Positions 1 to 9,453 are shown, counted from the stretch's first letter. The stretch is 28,917 nucleotides of DNA from an uncultured Nitrospiraceae bacterium (GCA_963730935.1 CAVSTP010000006.1:1-28917), one strand, 5' to 3'. Made by a program: numbers and translations. Notes: a model not told the origin generated them from the sequence alone.

Positions 1-244
1 GGGCTCCGTCCTAGGCCAGGCTAGACGATGGGACCAGGGCGCAGACTTGGAAACGGAATGTTGACGGTACCATGAGCCCCGTAGCGTTTTCAATTCCATC
101 GCCATGCGGCGGACCGGGGTTTTTTGACGCCGGCATATCTCGACAGATTCGACTGCTTCGGCCATTTTTTCGCAGGTCATCAATTCCCGACACGATTCCT
201 CACCAGCGCGAACTATGCATAATCCCTTTCAGACCGACGCCAAT

Positions 245-758
245 ATGACGGACGTCGGCGAAGCCGCCGAGGCGATCGTCGAGGAAGAAAAGCCAGAAGT
301 CGGATTGGAATTGCACGTTGGATCCAACATCTTTCGATCCACGAATGGCGTCATCAAGTTTCAGGGCAAAGAACAGATTGTGTTGGAAGTCCAGTGCGAC
401 GCCGTGGTCGTTGCTGTTGACCATGGATTTCTACGATGAGGCGGGGCGGCGCATCGGCCATTTGAGACGCAACCAACTCTCCGCCGTCGGCGCGAGTCGA
501 TTTGCAGTGGGCGTGACCGCGCCTCCTGACCCAACCCTCGATGATCCTCTCACGGTCACTGTTTCCGAACGGGCAACCGGCAGCTCGGTGGTCGAGGTGT
601 ATTTGTTCCACCGACGGAAAATCCGATTTACGACCGCACATTTTCATACCCACAAGGGCGAAGTGGTGTCGATCAGCCCCCATTACTGCCGCCTCGGACC
701 GGTTTGACGATGTTCGGTGATGTGGTCAGGGCCGCGTGGGACCGCGGCAATCGGCTAG
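245..758 (+). CDS. Hypothetical protein, split by apparent frameshifts
   Basis: ORF 215..439 (MTDVGEAAE...EQIVLEVQ, ATG at 245) joins near 400 to ORF 318..707 (LLLTMDFYDEAGRRIGHL...HYCRLG). Further slips near 700-740 probably lead to TAG at 756-758. Boundaries are approximate. Confidence 0.55.
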
Positions 759-840
759 CCTGCGGCCAGCCCTCCCAGTTCCCGTCGCTCACGGAAAAGC
801 ATATCCCTTTGACAGCCGGTGAGACTCCCGTAGAATAGGT

Positions 841-1253
841 ATGATGTCAAAATCATCAAACCCAGCGTGCAGGCGTTCCTTGTCTGCGACCAAGTCATTG
901 AAGACAGCGCGACCAGAAAAAGAGCCTGATCGGCTTGTTCACGCATCTGCAAGCCTTGAGCTTTCCATTCCAACACCAACAGATGGGCTTGTACTTCTGC
1001 CTGACCGACGCTGAAGGCACCTACAAGTTCGATATCGATCTCATTTACCTCAACAGCGAACAACTCGTCTGCCGCGCCACGCTCCCGAACATCGTGATCG
1101 CGGACCGTCTGCAATCTCGGACTTCGGGATCAATATCCCGTCGCTCATCTTTCCGGCCCCCGGCCGATATGAGTTTCGTCTCCGTATGGAAGGGCACCGA
1201 TCGCCCAAAAGGATTTCAACGTCATACAGATCTCGACCCATCCGACAGCCTGA
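841..1253 (+). CDS. Small beta-sandwich hypothetical protein (DUF6941-like), frameshifted
   Basis: Restoring about four single-base deletions (~850, ~920, ~1115, ~1198) gives a coherent protein: IIKPSVQAFLVCDQVIEDSATRKKSLIGLFTHLQALSFPFQH...ISDFGINIPSLIFPAPGRYEFRLRMEGH.IAQKDFNVIQISTHPTA*. The 'LVCD..IED...KKSLIG.F' start and 'FP.PG.Y.F' end are typical of this family. Confidence 0.6.
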
Positions 1254-1366
1254 AAGCTCCTCCTCTCCCACCCCTTACCGAGATGGCTCTTGCCATGTGG
1301 TACTTATGATAGAAATGGTGGGATATCCCGCCATCGTTATGGACGCCAGGAGGCGACGGAAGGATC

Positions 1367-3062
1367 GTGCCTGAAGGAACAAGTGCATCCAATTTTATCC
1401 GTGAGATTGTCGCGGCGGACCGTGTTGCGGGAAAACATGGAGCCGTGTCGTGACTCGCTTTCCGCCGGAACCGAACGGCTATCTTCATATCGGCCATGCC
1501 AAATCCATCTGCCTCAATTTCGGTCTGGCGGCGGAGCACCCGGGCGGCGTCTGTCATCTGCGATTCGACGACACGAATCCCACGACGGAAGATCCCGAAT
1601 ACGTCCAGTCGATCCAGGAGGATGTCCGTTGGTTTGGATCGACTGGGGGAATCACCTCTACTTTGCCTCGGATTACTTCGAGCGGCTCTATGACTTTGCG
1701 GAACGCCTGATCAAGACAGGCTCGGCTTACGTCGACAGTCTCACCGCCGACGAGATGCGACAATACCGAGGCACGTTGACCGAACCGGGAAAGGACAGCC
1801 CTTACCGCGACCGCTCTGTAGAGGAGAATCTCGATCTTTTGCGTCGGATGCGCAACGGCGAATTCGCGGAGGGAACGCACGTGTTGCGAGCCAAAATCGA
1901 CATGGCGTCGCCAAACATCAACCTGCGGATCCGGTGTTGTATCAATCCGGCACACTGCCCACTATCGGACAGGCCGGACATGGCCAATCTACCCGTCCTA
2001 TGACTTCGCCCATCCGTTTTCCGATGCGATCGAAGGCGTGACACATTCGATCTGCACTTTGGAGTTCGAGGACCATCGGCCGCTCTATGACTGGGTTGTC
2101 GAACGGGCCGGTACATCGGACCGCCGCAACAGATCGAGTTTGCCCGCCTGAACATCAGCCACGCGGTTATGAGCAAACGAAAATTGCTGGAACTCGTGGA
2201 GAACAAGCAGGTGGCCGGGTGGGACGATCCTCGCCTGCCGACACTCAAGGGGCTTCGACGCCGCGGCTATACGTCAGAAGCGATCCGGGCCTTTTGCGAG
2301 CACATCGGCGTGTCCAAGCGAGACGCCGTGGTTGAAATGCAGCTGCTGGAGCACTTCATCCGAGAGGATTTGAACAAGCGGGCAGCTCGGGTGATGGCCG
2401 TGCTAAAGCCGCTGAAGGTCGTGATCGACAACTATCCCCACCCCGAGCAGGGATCCGAGGAGCTGGACGCGGTCAACAATCCGGAGGATGCCACGGCCGG
2501 CACACGTTCGATTCCCTTTTCTCGGACGCTGTATATCGAGCGGGACGATTTTCTTGAAGATCCTCCGAAAGAATTTTTCCGGCTCGCGCCAGGACGAGAG
2601 GTTCGCCTTCGTTACGCCTACATTATTAAATGCGTCGGTGTGACGAAGGATGCCCGGACCGGAGAAGTGACCGAATTGCACTGCACGTACGATCCACAGA
2701 CCAAGAGCGGAGGTCCCGATGCCCGAAGGAAAGTAAAGGCCACGATCCATTGGGTTTCTGCAGCTCATGCGCTGGAAGCAGAAGTTCGCCTCTACAACCC
2801 GCTGCTGAAAGACGACCTCTCGAGCGTACCTCAGGCTCAGGATTGGACGGCCTATCTGAACTCACAGTCTCTAGAACGGCTTACCGGATGCCTGGTCGAA
2901 CCGGGCCTCAAGTCGGCCGGCCCAGGGACCAGATTTCAATTCGAGCGATTGGGCTACTTTAGTGTTGATCCGGACTCAACCCCGGATCAGTTGGTGTTCA
3001 ATCGCACGGTGTCCCTCAAAGACGCCTGGGCCAGGCTCGACAAGCGTCAGCCCGCCCGCTGA
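1367..3062 (+). CDS. glnS: Glutamine--tRNA ligase, split by at least five apparent single-base deletions
   Basis: GTG at 1367 gives SNFIREIV. Motifs present: [18 protein letters not shown] (HIGH), [71 protein letters not shown]. Frame breaks lie near 1443, 1640, 1928, 1943 and 2122. No C-terminal YqeY extension. Confidence 0.95.
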
Positions 3063-3243
3063 TCTTCGATCGGGCTCCTACAAACGTCTCTAGATCCGCC
3101 GGCTTGCGCTCCCTTTACAGATTAGGCATCCCTGCTAGGCTTGAGATGGCATGCCTTGAAATCAAGGATTGCTTTACACGAGGGGCCGGGTTGTTACACT
3201 CAACCCGGACCTGCTGGATCGCACGAAGTACAAGGAGTCGAAG

Positions 3244-3579
3244 ATGATCGAATGTCGGCAATATCCACGAGTTCCAGTCGAGCTCCAGGTGTATTTTTCT
3301 ACCACTGGCAATAACTCAATTCGCGAAGGCACCATGTTCGACCTGTCGGCAGGTGGATGTGCCGTCACGAGTATGACGGCCGTCAAGGCCGGTTCAGCGG
3401 TCCGAATCCTTATTCGGGCTACAGACCTGGGGTCTCCGATCACGATCGAGTCGGCGGCGGTTCGATGGAGCAAACACGGGGAGTTCGGAGTCGAGTTCCT
3501 CGGGGTCTCGGAGATCGATCAGAATCGGCTGCACCGTCTCTTGCATACCAAAACGACTTATCCGATCCGCCCCAGCTGA
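3244..3579 (+). CDS. Stand-alone PilZ domain protein (putative c-di-GMP receptor)
   Basis: RxxxR (RQYPR) and DxSxGG (DLSAGG) motifs and a C-terminal FGVEF. AAGGAG RBS at 3231-3236 precedes ATG 3244. Confidence 0.88.
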   Translation: MIECRQYPRVPVELQVYFSTTGNNSIREGTMFDLSAGGCAVTSMTAVKAGSAVRILIRATDLGSPITIESAAVRWSKHGEFGVEFLGVSEIDQNRLHRLLHTKTTYPIRPS

Positions 3580-3612
3580 TCCTTTTATCCTCCGGGTGTA
3601 GTAAGATTCGGG

Positions 3613-3816
3613 ATGGTCTGCCCGCTCTGCCATCGACCGACGGCCTGGGAAGGCAATCCCTGGCGTCCCTTCTGTTCGGAACGCTGTCAACTTACAGATC
3701 TCGGCACATGGGCGGCTGAACAATATCGAGTTCCCGGCCCGAATCTCTTGATGGAACTTCCCACCGAACCCACGCAGGAAACAGAGCCCGACACCGGCGA
3801 GCGCTCAAGGGGCTAA
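3613..3816 (+). CDS. yacG: DNA gyrase inhibitor YacG
   Basis: CPLC...[26 protein letters not shown] zinc-finger signature with an acidic tail. Confidence 0.92.
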   Translation: MVCPLCHRPTAWEGNPWRPFCSERCQLTDLGTWAAEQYRVPGPNLLMELPTEPTQETEPDTGERSRG

Positions 3817-3910
3817 TTGCACTCAGGACCTGCCTCTATCCCCAAATTCGTGTTGGCAAGCCCGACTGATCTTGCTAAGTTACCTTTCCTTTCACAATCC
3901 GGAGATCGGG

Positions 3911-4953
3911 ATGCTGCCGACCAAAGGCTATGCCGCCATAGCTGCCAGCGCCCCCTTGCAGCCATTCCTTTTTGAACGGCGTGATGTAAGTGCTCACGAC
4001 GTCCTGCTCGAGATTTCACACTGCGGGATCTGCCACTCAGACATCCATATGGCTCGCAATGAATGGGGCGAGTCGATTTTCCCCATCGTGCCCGGCCATG
4101 AAATCGTCGGCACTGTTAGTGAAATCGGCTCTGCGGTGAAGCTCTTTCGAGTCGGCGACCGGGCCGGCGTGGGCTGTTTCGTCGATTCCTGCAGGACGTG
4201 CTCCCCTTGCCGTGAAGGCCTGGAACAATACTGCGACGCAGGAATGGTCCTGACGTACAGCAGCCGCGATAAGAACGGAACTGTCACCCACGGCGGGTAC
4301 TCGACTCAGATCGTCGTGGACGAACGCTATACGCTCAAGATGCCGGCTGCCTTGTCTCCCGCCGGTTCGGCTCCCTTGCTCTGCGCCGGCATCACGACCT
4401 ATTCTCCATTTCGTCATTGGGGCGTCGGGAAGTACCACAAGGTGGCCGTGCTTGGGCTCGGCGGGTTGGGCCACATGGCCGTCAAGATTGCCCATGCACT
4501 GGGCACAGAAGTCACGGTCTTCAGCACCTCTGACGCGAAGAGAGCGGACGCGAAGCGACTCGGCGCGAGCGAATTTGTCGTCAGCACTGAGCCGAACAAC
4601 CTAGCAAGATTCCGGCGGCATTTCGACTTTGTGCTCGACACCGTGTCGGCAGTCCACGACTACAATGCCTATGTCCAACTTCTGAAAACTGACGGTACGA
4701 TGATCCTAGTGGGAGCACCCGAACACTCAGCGCCTCTCGAGCCCTTTCCTCTGATCATGCACCGCCGGAGCATCGCCGGATCGGTCATCGGAGGCATCCG
4801 GGAGACGCAGAGATGTTGGATTTCTGCGCTGAGCACCACATCGAGTCAGATGTCGAAACCATCCCCATCCAACAGATCAACGAGGCTTATGAGCGCGTCG
4901 TACGCGGTGACGTTCGGTTCCGCTTCGTGATCGACCTTAATAGTCTGGCCTAA
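3911..4953 (+). CDS. Zn-dependent NAD(P)-dependent alcohol dehydrogenase (CAD/YahK-like), one apparent frameshift near 4810
   Basis: CGICHSD, PGHEIVG, CxxCxxC-x7-[14 protein letters not shown] and GLGGLGHM motifs. Adding one base at ~4810 restores [14 protein letters not shown]...[10 protein letters not shown] ending at TAA 4951-4953. Confidence 0.92.
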
Positions 4954-5090
4954 CTCCTGCAAACGGCGTAGTCCCGCGGGCGGGAGTCACCGATGTTCGG
5001 CCATTTCGGGTCTGGAACCCCTCGAACTGTCCGACCGTGGGGGACAGATCATTCCAAGAGAGGACAAGTCGTCTCGCTAGCAAGGTCTTT

Positions 5091-5924
5091 ATGCCGAAAG
5101 AAAACAGCCGAAAGACAGACAAGGCCAAGAGCGGTGCCAAGCAGCCCGCTTCTAATCGACCCGATGCCAAGCAATCCGATGAGAACGGTTCGAGCCGTCG
5201 AACGCTCGTCGTTGATGTGGGCGGCAGCGGGATCAAGGCGACATTGCTGAACGACCTCGGAAAGTCGGTCAGCGAGCGGCTGAGACGGGAGTCCCCAGCC
5301 TCGGGCTTGCCGGGTGCGGTCATGGACATCATCATCGCGCTCGCCGATGAATTAGAGAACTACGACCGTGTGGCGGTCGGCTTTCCCGGGGTCGTCATTA
5401 ACGGCATCGCCATGGACGCGCCGAATCTGGCGAAGGAATGGCAGGGTTTCAACATCGCAGAGAGCCTCCAGGCACGGCTGAAGAAACCCGTTCGGGTCGC
5501 AAACGATGCGGACGTCCAAGGCTTCGGCGCTATTGCAGGCGCCGGTGTGGAGTTGGTCGTCACGTTGGGCACCGGCGTGGGAACGTCCCTGTTTGTCGAT
5601 GGCCGCCTCGCCCCCAACCTTGAAATCGGCAACGACAAATTGCGAAATGCGGCGTTACAGAAAGTCGGCAAGAAAAGGTGGAACAAGCGCCTGATCAAAT
5701 TTATCAATCGCCTCGATGAGATTTTTCACTTCACAAAACTGTACATAGGCGGGGGCAACTCCAAGGAAGTCGATGTTGGTTTGCTTCCCGCCAATGTGAC
5801 GATCATTTCCAATCTCAACGGATTGATCGGCGGTATTGCGCTGTGGCGGGACGAGACAGTGCCCATATCCGTTCCAGCTCAGCCCGTGAAGACGACGGCC
5901 ACCGGTCGACCGCTCGCTGTCTAA
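5091..5924 (+). CDS. ROK family sugar kinase, polyphosphate glucokinase-like
   Basis: DVGGSGIKA, VGFPGVV, VANDADVQG, TLGTGVGTSLF, LAPNLEIG and YIGGGNSK motifs. Lacks the ROK Cys-rich Zn motif, as PPGKs do. Confidence 0.85.
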   Translation: MPKENSRKTDKAKSGAKQPASNRPDAKQSDENGSSRRTLVVDVGGSGIKATLLNDLGKSVSERLRRESPASGLPGAVMDIIIALADELENYDRVAVGFPGVVINGIAMDAPNLAKEWQGFNIAESLQARLKKPVRVANDADVQGFGAIAGAGVELVVTLGTGVGTSLFVDGRLAPNLEIGNDKLRNAALQKVGKKRWNKRLIKFINRLDEIFHFTKLYIGGGNSKEVDVGLLPANVTIISNLNGLIGGIALWRDETVPISVPAQPVKTTATGRPLAV

Positions 5925-5946
5925 TGAATGAAGAAATTGGGAATAG

Positions 5947-6020
5947 TGGCTGGGGGACTAGGAATCGAACCTAGGTAGCCAGCTCCAAAGGCTGGCGTCC
6001 TACCGCTAGACGATCCCCCA
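5947..6020 (-). tRNA. tRNA-Gln (anticodon TTG)
   Basis: Reverse complement folds as a cloverleaf: TGGGGGA/TCCCCCA acceptor stem, CCAGC-CT-TTG-GA-GCTGG anticodon arm, GGTTCGATT T-loop, encoded CCA. Confidence 0.97.
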
Positions 6021-6066
6021 GCGCGGTACGGGTGCGGAAAGCTATGGGATTCGAACGGCGAATGGT

Positions 6067-6140
6067 TGGCTGGGGGACTAGGAATCGAACCTAGGTAGTC
6101 AGATCCAGAGACTGACGTCCTACCGCTAGACGATCCCCCA
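6067..6140 (-). tRNA. tRNA-Gln (anticodon CTG)
   Basis: Same body as the neighbouring tRNA. Anticodon arm TCAGT-CT-CTG-GA-TCTGA, encoded CCA. Confidence 0.97.
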
Positions 6141-6176
6141 ACCGGCGTTCAACCTAATACACGACCGATCAGTCCG

Positions 6177-7598
6177 TCAAGCGTGCGCGGCTTCGGCGCG
6201 CGCGATGCTTTGTTGAAGCCGGGACAACGTCCGCTCGCGGCCAAGCACCTCCATGACGTCAAACAGACCGGGACTCGCCGTGCGGCCCGTCAGCGCCACC
6301 CGCACCGGCTGTGCGAGCTGACCCATCTTCATTCCTTCTTCCTCAACGAGCCGCTTGAACTGTTCCTCCCACGCCTGTTTTGAAAATCCGGACAGCGAAA
6401 CAAAGCGTTCGAGGAGCTTGCGCAGCACGGGAGCGTTCGCCGGCGTCAGAAATTTCGTTGCTGCCTCTTCTTCCCAGACGACCGCTTCGCCGAAGTACGG
6501 CTTCACCCATTCGACCATGTCGACCAGCGTTTTGGCGCGTTCTCTTACGAGGACCACAAGCTGCACCAGCCACTCCTGTGTTACAGGATGCGCTGAACCG
6601 AGCAGGCCTGCCTGTTCCAAGAAAGGCGCTAAGACCCCTGCTACAGCCTCGGGCGGGCTGTTCTTAATGTATTCGGCGTTCATCCACAGGAGTTTGTCGG
6701 GATTGAAGACGGCTGCAGACGTCTGAACATTCTTCCAGTTAAACTTCTCGATCAATTCCGAGCTTGTAAAGAGTTCTTGGTCGCCGTGCGACCACCCGAG
6801 TCGGGCGAGATAGTTCACCAATGCCTCAGGCAGATATCCCATCTCTTTGTAGGCCATGACGGACGTCGCGCCGTGTCTCTTGGAGAGACGCGCCTTATCG
6901 GACCCCAGAATCATCGGCAAATGACCGAACTGTGGCACGGGAAAACCCAGCGCTTGGAACATCGGCACTTGTCGCGGCGTATTCGTGAGATGATCATCTC
7001 CACGAACGACATGCGTGATGCGCATTAGTGCATCGTCAACCACGACGGAAAAATTATAGGTCGGATAGCCGTTCGACCGCAGAATGATTAAATCATCGAG
7101 GACCATGTTGTCGAAGACAATCCTGCCTTTGATCAAATCGTCCACTACGGTCTGACCGGTTTGTGGGGCTTTGAACCGCAATGCGGCTTCGCCGGAGGGC
7201 TGCGAGATTCCCAGGTTCCTGCAACGACCGTCATACCCGGGCGAGAGACCTTTCGCCTCCGCCTCTTTCCTTCTGGCTTCCAACTCCTCCGCTTTACACA
7301 CACACCAATAGGCCTGTCCTCCCTCCAGGAGCTTCATGGCATGACTGCGGTATACTTCCATCCGTTCTGTTTGCCGATAGGGGCCCTCATCCCAATCGAG
7401 ACCGACCCACCGCAAACCCTCGATGATCGCTTGGATCGATTCATCGGTTGACCGGCTTTGATCCGTATCTTCGATCCGCAAAATGAACACGCCCTGCTGT
7501 TGTCTGGCATACAGCCAGTTGAACAGTGCGGTGCGCACACCGCCGATATGCAGAAACCCGGTTGGACTAGGCGCGAAGCGGACACGGACTGGGATCAT
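6177..7598 (-). CDS. gltX: Glutamate--tRNA ligase
   Basis: RFAPSPTGFLHIGG, LRIEDTD, ITHVVRGDDHL, LSKRHGA and PVRVALTG motifs; 473 aa including the anticodon-binding domain. Confidence 0.97.
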   Translation of the reverse strand: MIPVRVRFAPSPTGFLHIGGVRTALFNWLYARQQQGVFILRIEDTDQSRSTDESIQAIIEGLRWVGLDWDEGPYRQTERMEVYRSHAMKLLEGGQAYWCVCKAEELEARRKEAEAKGLSPGYDGRCRNLGISQPSGEAALRFKAPQTGQTVVDDLIKGRIVFDNMVLDDLIILRSNGYPTYNFSVVVDDALMRITHVVRGDDHLTNTPRQVPMFQALGFPVPQFGHLPMILGSDKARLSKRHGATSVMAYKEMGYLPEALVNYLARLGWSHGDQELFTSSELIEKFNWKNVQTSAAVFNPDKLLWMNAEYIKNSPPEAVAGVLAPFLEQAGLLGSAHPVTQEWLVQLVVLVRERAKTLVDMVEWVKPYFGEAVVWEEEAATKFLTPANAPVLRKLLERFVSLSGFSKQAWEEQFKRLVEEEGMKMGQLAQPVRVALTGRTASPGLFDVMEVLGRERTLSRLQQSIARAEAAHA

Positions 7599-7693
7599 GA
7601 CCTATCTCTCAGTTTCAAGGGCCGGTATCTATAACATGTGTGAACGTGCGTGGAAAAGCGCCCATGTATTTTGATAAGACTCACCGGAGGATC

Positions 7694-8398
7694 ATGGCAG
7701 AACACATTCAATCAGCGAGGGTCCTCTCCGCCACTCAGCTCACCTCGCAGGTGCGGCAACTCGTCGTCCTGCCGAGAGAGCAGCCGATCGGCTTCAAGCC
7801 GGGACAATGGGTGTCTCTCAAGCTTCCGGTTGGGACCCGGCCGCCGCTCAATCGAGCCTACTCAATGGCGGCTCCCGCTACGGCTACAGGCGAATTGACC
7901 CTGATATTCGACCGCGTGACCGATGGATTGGGCTCCGGTTACCTGTCCCAGATGAAGCCGGGTGAAGAACTGGCACTTTCAGGGCCATTTGGGAATTTCG
8001 TGCTGCCACCGTCCATCGATCGTGAACTCATCCTTGTCGCCCGCTACACCGGTTTGGTGCCTATCCGATGCATGCTGAAGGAACTGTATGGGCAACGCTA
8101 CCGTGATCCTGTCCTCTTGATCGCCGTCGCGCCGGCAGAAGACGAACTGCTGTTCCATCAGGAATTGCTATCGTTGGCCGTCACACAGCCAGGTTTCCGG
8201 TATTTACCGCTCGTCGCCGCTGACGGGGAACAACAGGCCGTCGACCTGACACTGCCCATGCTGCGTCCCATTCTCGATCGACCTGCGAAAGTCCTCCCCA
8301 TGCTGTGCGGAACAAAAGGATTCGTGAGACCGTTGCGAAGCCGTTTTGTTGAAGCAGGATACGACCGGAAAGAAGTGAAAACCGAGACGTATGACTAA
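7694..8398 (+). CDS. FAD-binding ferredoxin-NAD(P) reductase-like oxidoreductase
   Basis: FKPGQW, RAYS (RxYS FAD motif), GLGSGYL, SGPFGNF, LCG and a C-terminal ETYD. GGAGG RBS precedes ATG 7694. Confidence 0.85.
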   Translation: MAEHIQSARVLSATQLTSQVRQLVVLPREQPIGFKPGQWVSLKLPVGTRPPLNRAYSMAAPATATGELTLIFDRVTDGLGSGYLSQMKPGEELALSGPFGNFVLPPSIDRELILVARYTGLVPIRCMLKELYGQRYRDPVLLIAVAPAEDELLFHQELLSLAVTQPGFRYLPLVAADGEQQAVDLTLPMLRPILDRPAKVLPMLCGTKGFVRPLRSRFVEAGYDRKEVKTETYD

Positions 8399-8412
8399 CT
8401 AGAAGCGGCTGG

Positions 8413-8829
8413 TTAATGCCCTTCCTTTACGAGGTTCTTGTTCACCGCCGGGATTTCCACCACGATGTCCTTCGTGCCGTTCGGAACACATTGGCATCCT
8501 AGCCGCGATTGCAGTGTTGTCATAGGCGCCTCGTCCAGCTGGTCGAACTCGTCGTCAGTTCCCTCATTACAGGTTTCCAGTCCCTGCTTCACGATGACGT
8601 GACAGGTTGAGCAGGCACAGACACCGCCGCAGACGTGCTCCAACTCCACCCCGTTCCCCATGGCAATGTCGAGAAGGCTACCAGGGAGGCCGGTCTGTCC
8701 ATAAGGGATTTTCGCTGGATCTACCTCTACTTTGGTGACATTTCCGCTTGGATAAATATACGTGACGGAATAGGGTTTTTGAGGCAGCTCAACATCGGCT
8801 TTCTCTATATAAGGGTTGGTTCCACCCAT
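8413..8829 (-). CDS. fdx: ISC-type (adrenodoxin-like) 2Fe-2S ferredoxin
   Basis: EHVCGGVCACSTCHV and SRLGCQ cluster ligands; adjacent to the isc operon. Confidence 0.92.
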   Translation of the reverse strand: MGGTNPYIEKADVELPQKPYSVTYIYPSGNVTKVEVDPAKIPYGQTGLPGSLLDIAMGNGVELEHVCGGVCACSTCHVIVKQGLETCNEGTDDEFDQLDEAPMTTLQSRLGCQCVPNGTKDIVVEIPAVNKNLVKEGH

Positions 8830-8887
8830 GTCAGTGGTCCTTTCTGAGGTCCAGTTCTGGGATCCGGCCCCTTCATGAGGCCGTTTG

Positions 8888-8917
8888 TTGACAGGTCTGA
8901 AACTTACGTGCTAGCAT
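8888..8917 (+). promoter_or_regulatory. Sigma70-type promoter of the isc operon
   Basis: TTGACA (8888-8893), 18-bp spacer, TG-n extended -10 TAGCAT (8912-8917), upstream of iscR. Confidence 0.65.
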
Positions 8918-8974
8918 GAGTCCGACCTAATTGATCGGAGATCATTATAGTCTCCGATTAGATTGATCGGCAAT
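8918..8974. promoter_or_regulatory. Two tandem IscR/Rrf2-type operator sites
   Basis: TCCGACCTAATTGATCGGA (8921-8939) and TCCGATTAGATTGATCGGC (8953-8971). Both are CCGA-N9-TCGG dyads lying between the -10 element and the iscR start. Confidence 0.7.
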
Positions 8975-8979
8975 AGTGT

Positions 8980-9453
8980 ATGCTGAAAATCTCAAAAAAA
9001 GCCGATTACGCCCTGATGGCGCTCCAGCATATCGCTTCCGTCCAGTTTGGTGATACGACACCAGGCCGGGTCGTCAATACGAAGGAGATCGCCGAGGAAT
9101 ATAACATTCCGCTCGAATTGCTGGCCAAAGTGCTCCAAGCCCTATCGAAGAGCGGCATGATTGAGAGCCATAACGGGCCGAAGGGCGGCTACCTGCTGGC
9201 CCGTAGTGCCAGGCAGATCACCATCGCCCAAATTCTAGAGAGTATTGAAGGACCGCTCGGAATTACCGATTGTTCACACGAAAAAGAGGGTGAGTTTTGC
9301 ATGCAACGTGAACATTGCAACATCCGGACGCCCCTGTTGAAAGTGCAAGACAGTATTTACCAACTGCTGAACAATATGACCCTGCAGGACATGTTGGGCG
9401 GTACTCCGCTGATCACCATTCAATCCCCGACCGCACAAGGAGTAGAACGATGA
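8980..9453 (+). CDS. iscR: Rrf2 family Fe-S cluster regulator (IscR-like)
   Basis: Rrf2 wHTH with [10 protein letters not shown], three C-terminal Cys (DC...FC...HC), first gene of the isc operon. Confidence 0.85.
   Translation: MLKISKKADYALMALQHIASVQFGDTTPGRVVNTKEIAEEYNIPLELLAKVLQALSKSGMIESHNGPKGGYLLARSARQITIAQILESIEGPLGITDCSHEKEGEFCMQREHCNIRTPLLKVQDSIYQLLNNMTLQDMLGGTPLITIQSPTAQGVER

Noticed and set aside
1..214. ORF 11..193 (-) and other short frames at the left edge
   Set aside because: No recognisable motif, and the region is error-prone; it may hold the start of a divergent gene but this cannot be supported.
1367..2170. Programmed ribosomal frameshifting or phase variation in glnS
   Set aside because: At least five scattered breaks, without slippery heptamers or long repeats, and unrelated neighbouring genes show the same defect.
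3185..3207. Hairpin CCGGGTTG...CAACCCGG upstream of the PilZ gene as a c-di-GMP riboswitch
   Set aside because: Only one short stem; the conserved two-stem GEMM architecture is not evident.
5947..6140. 120-bp-spaced direct repeat as a CRISPR array or att-site duplication
   Set aside because: Both copies are complete tRNA-Gln genes with different anticodons; no cas or integrase gene is present.
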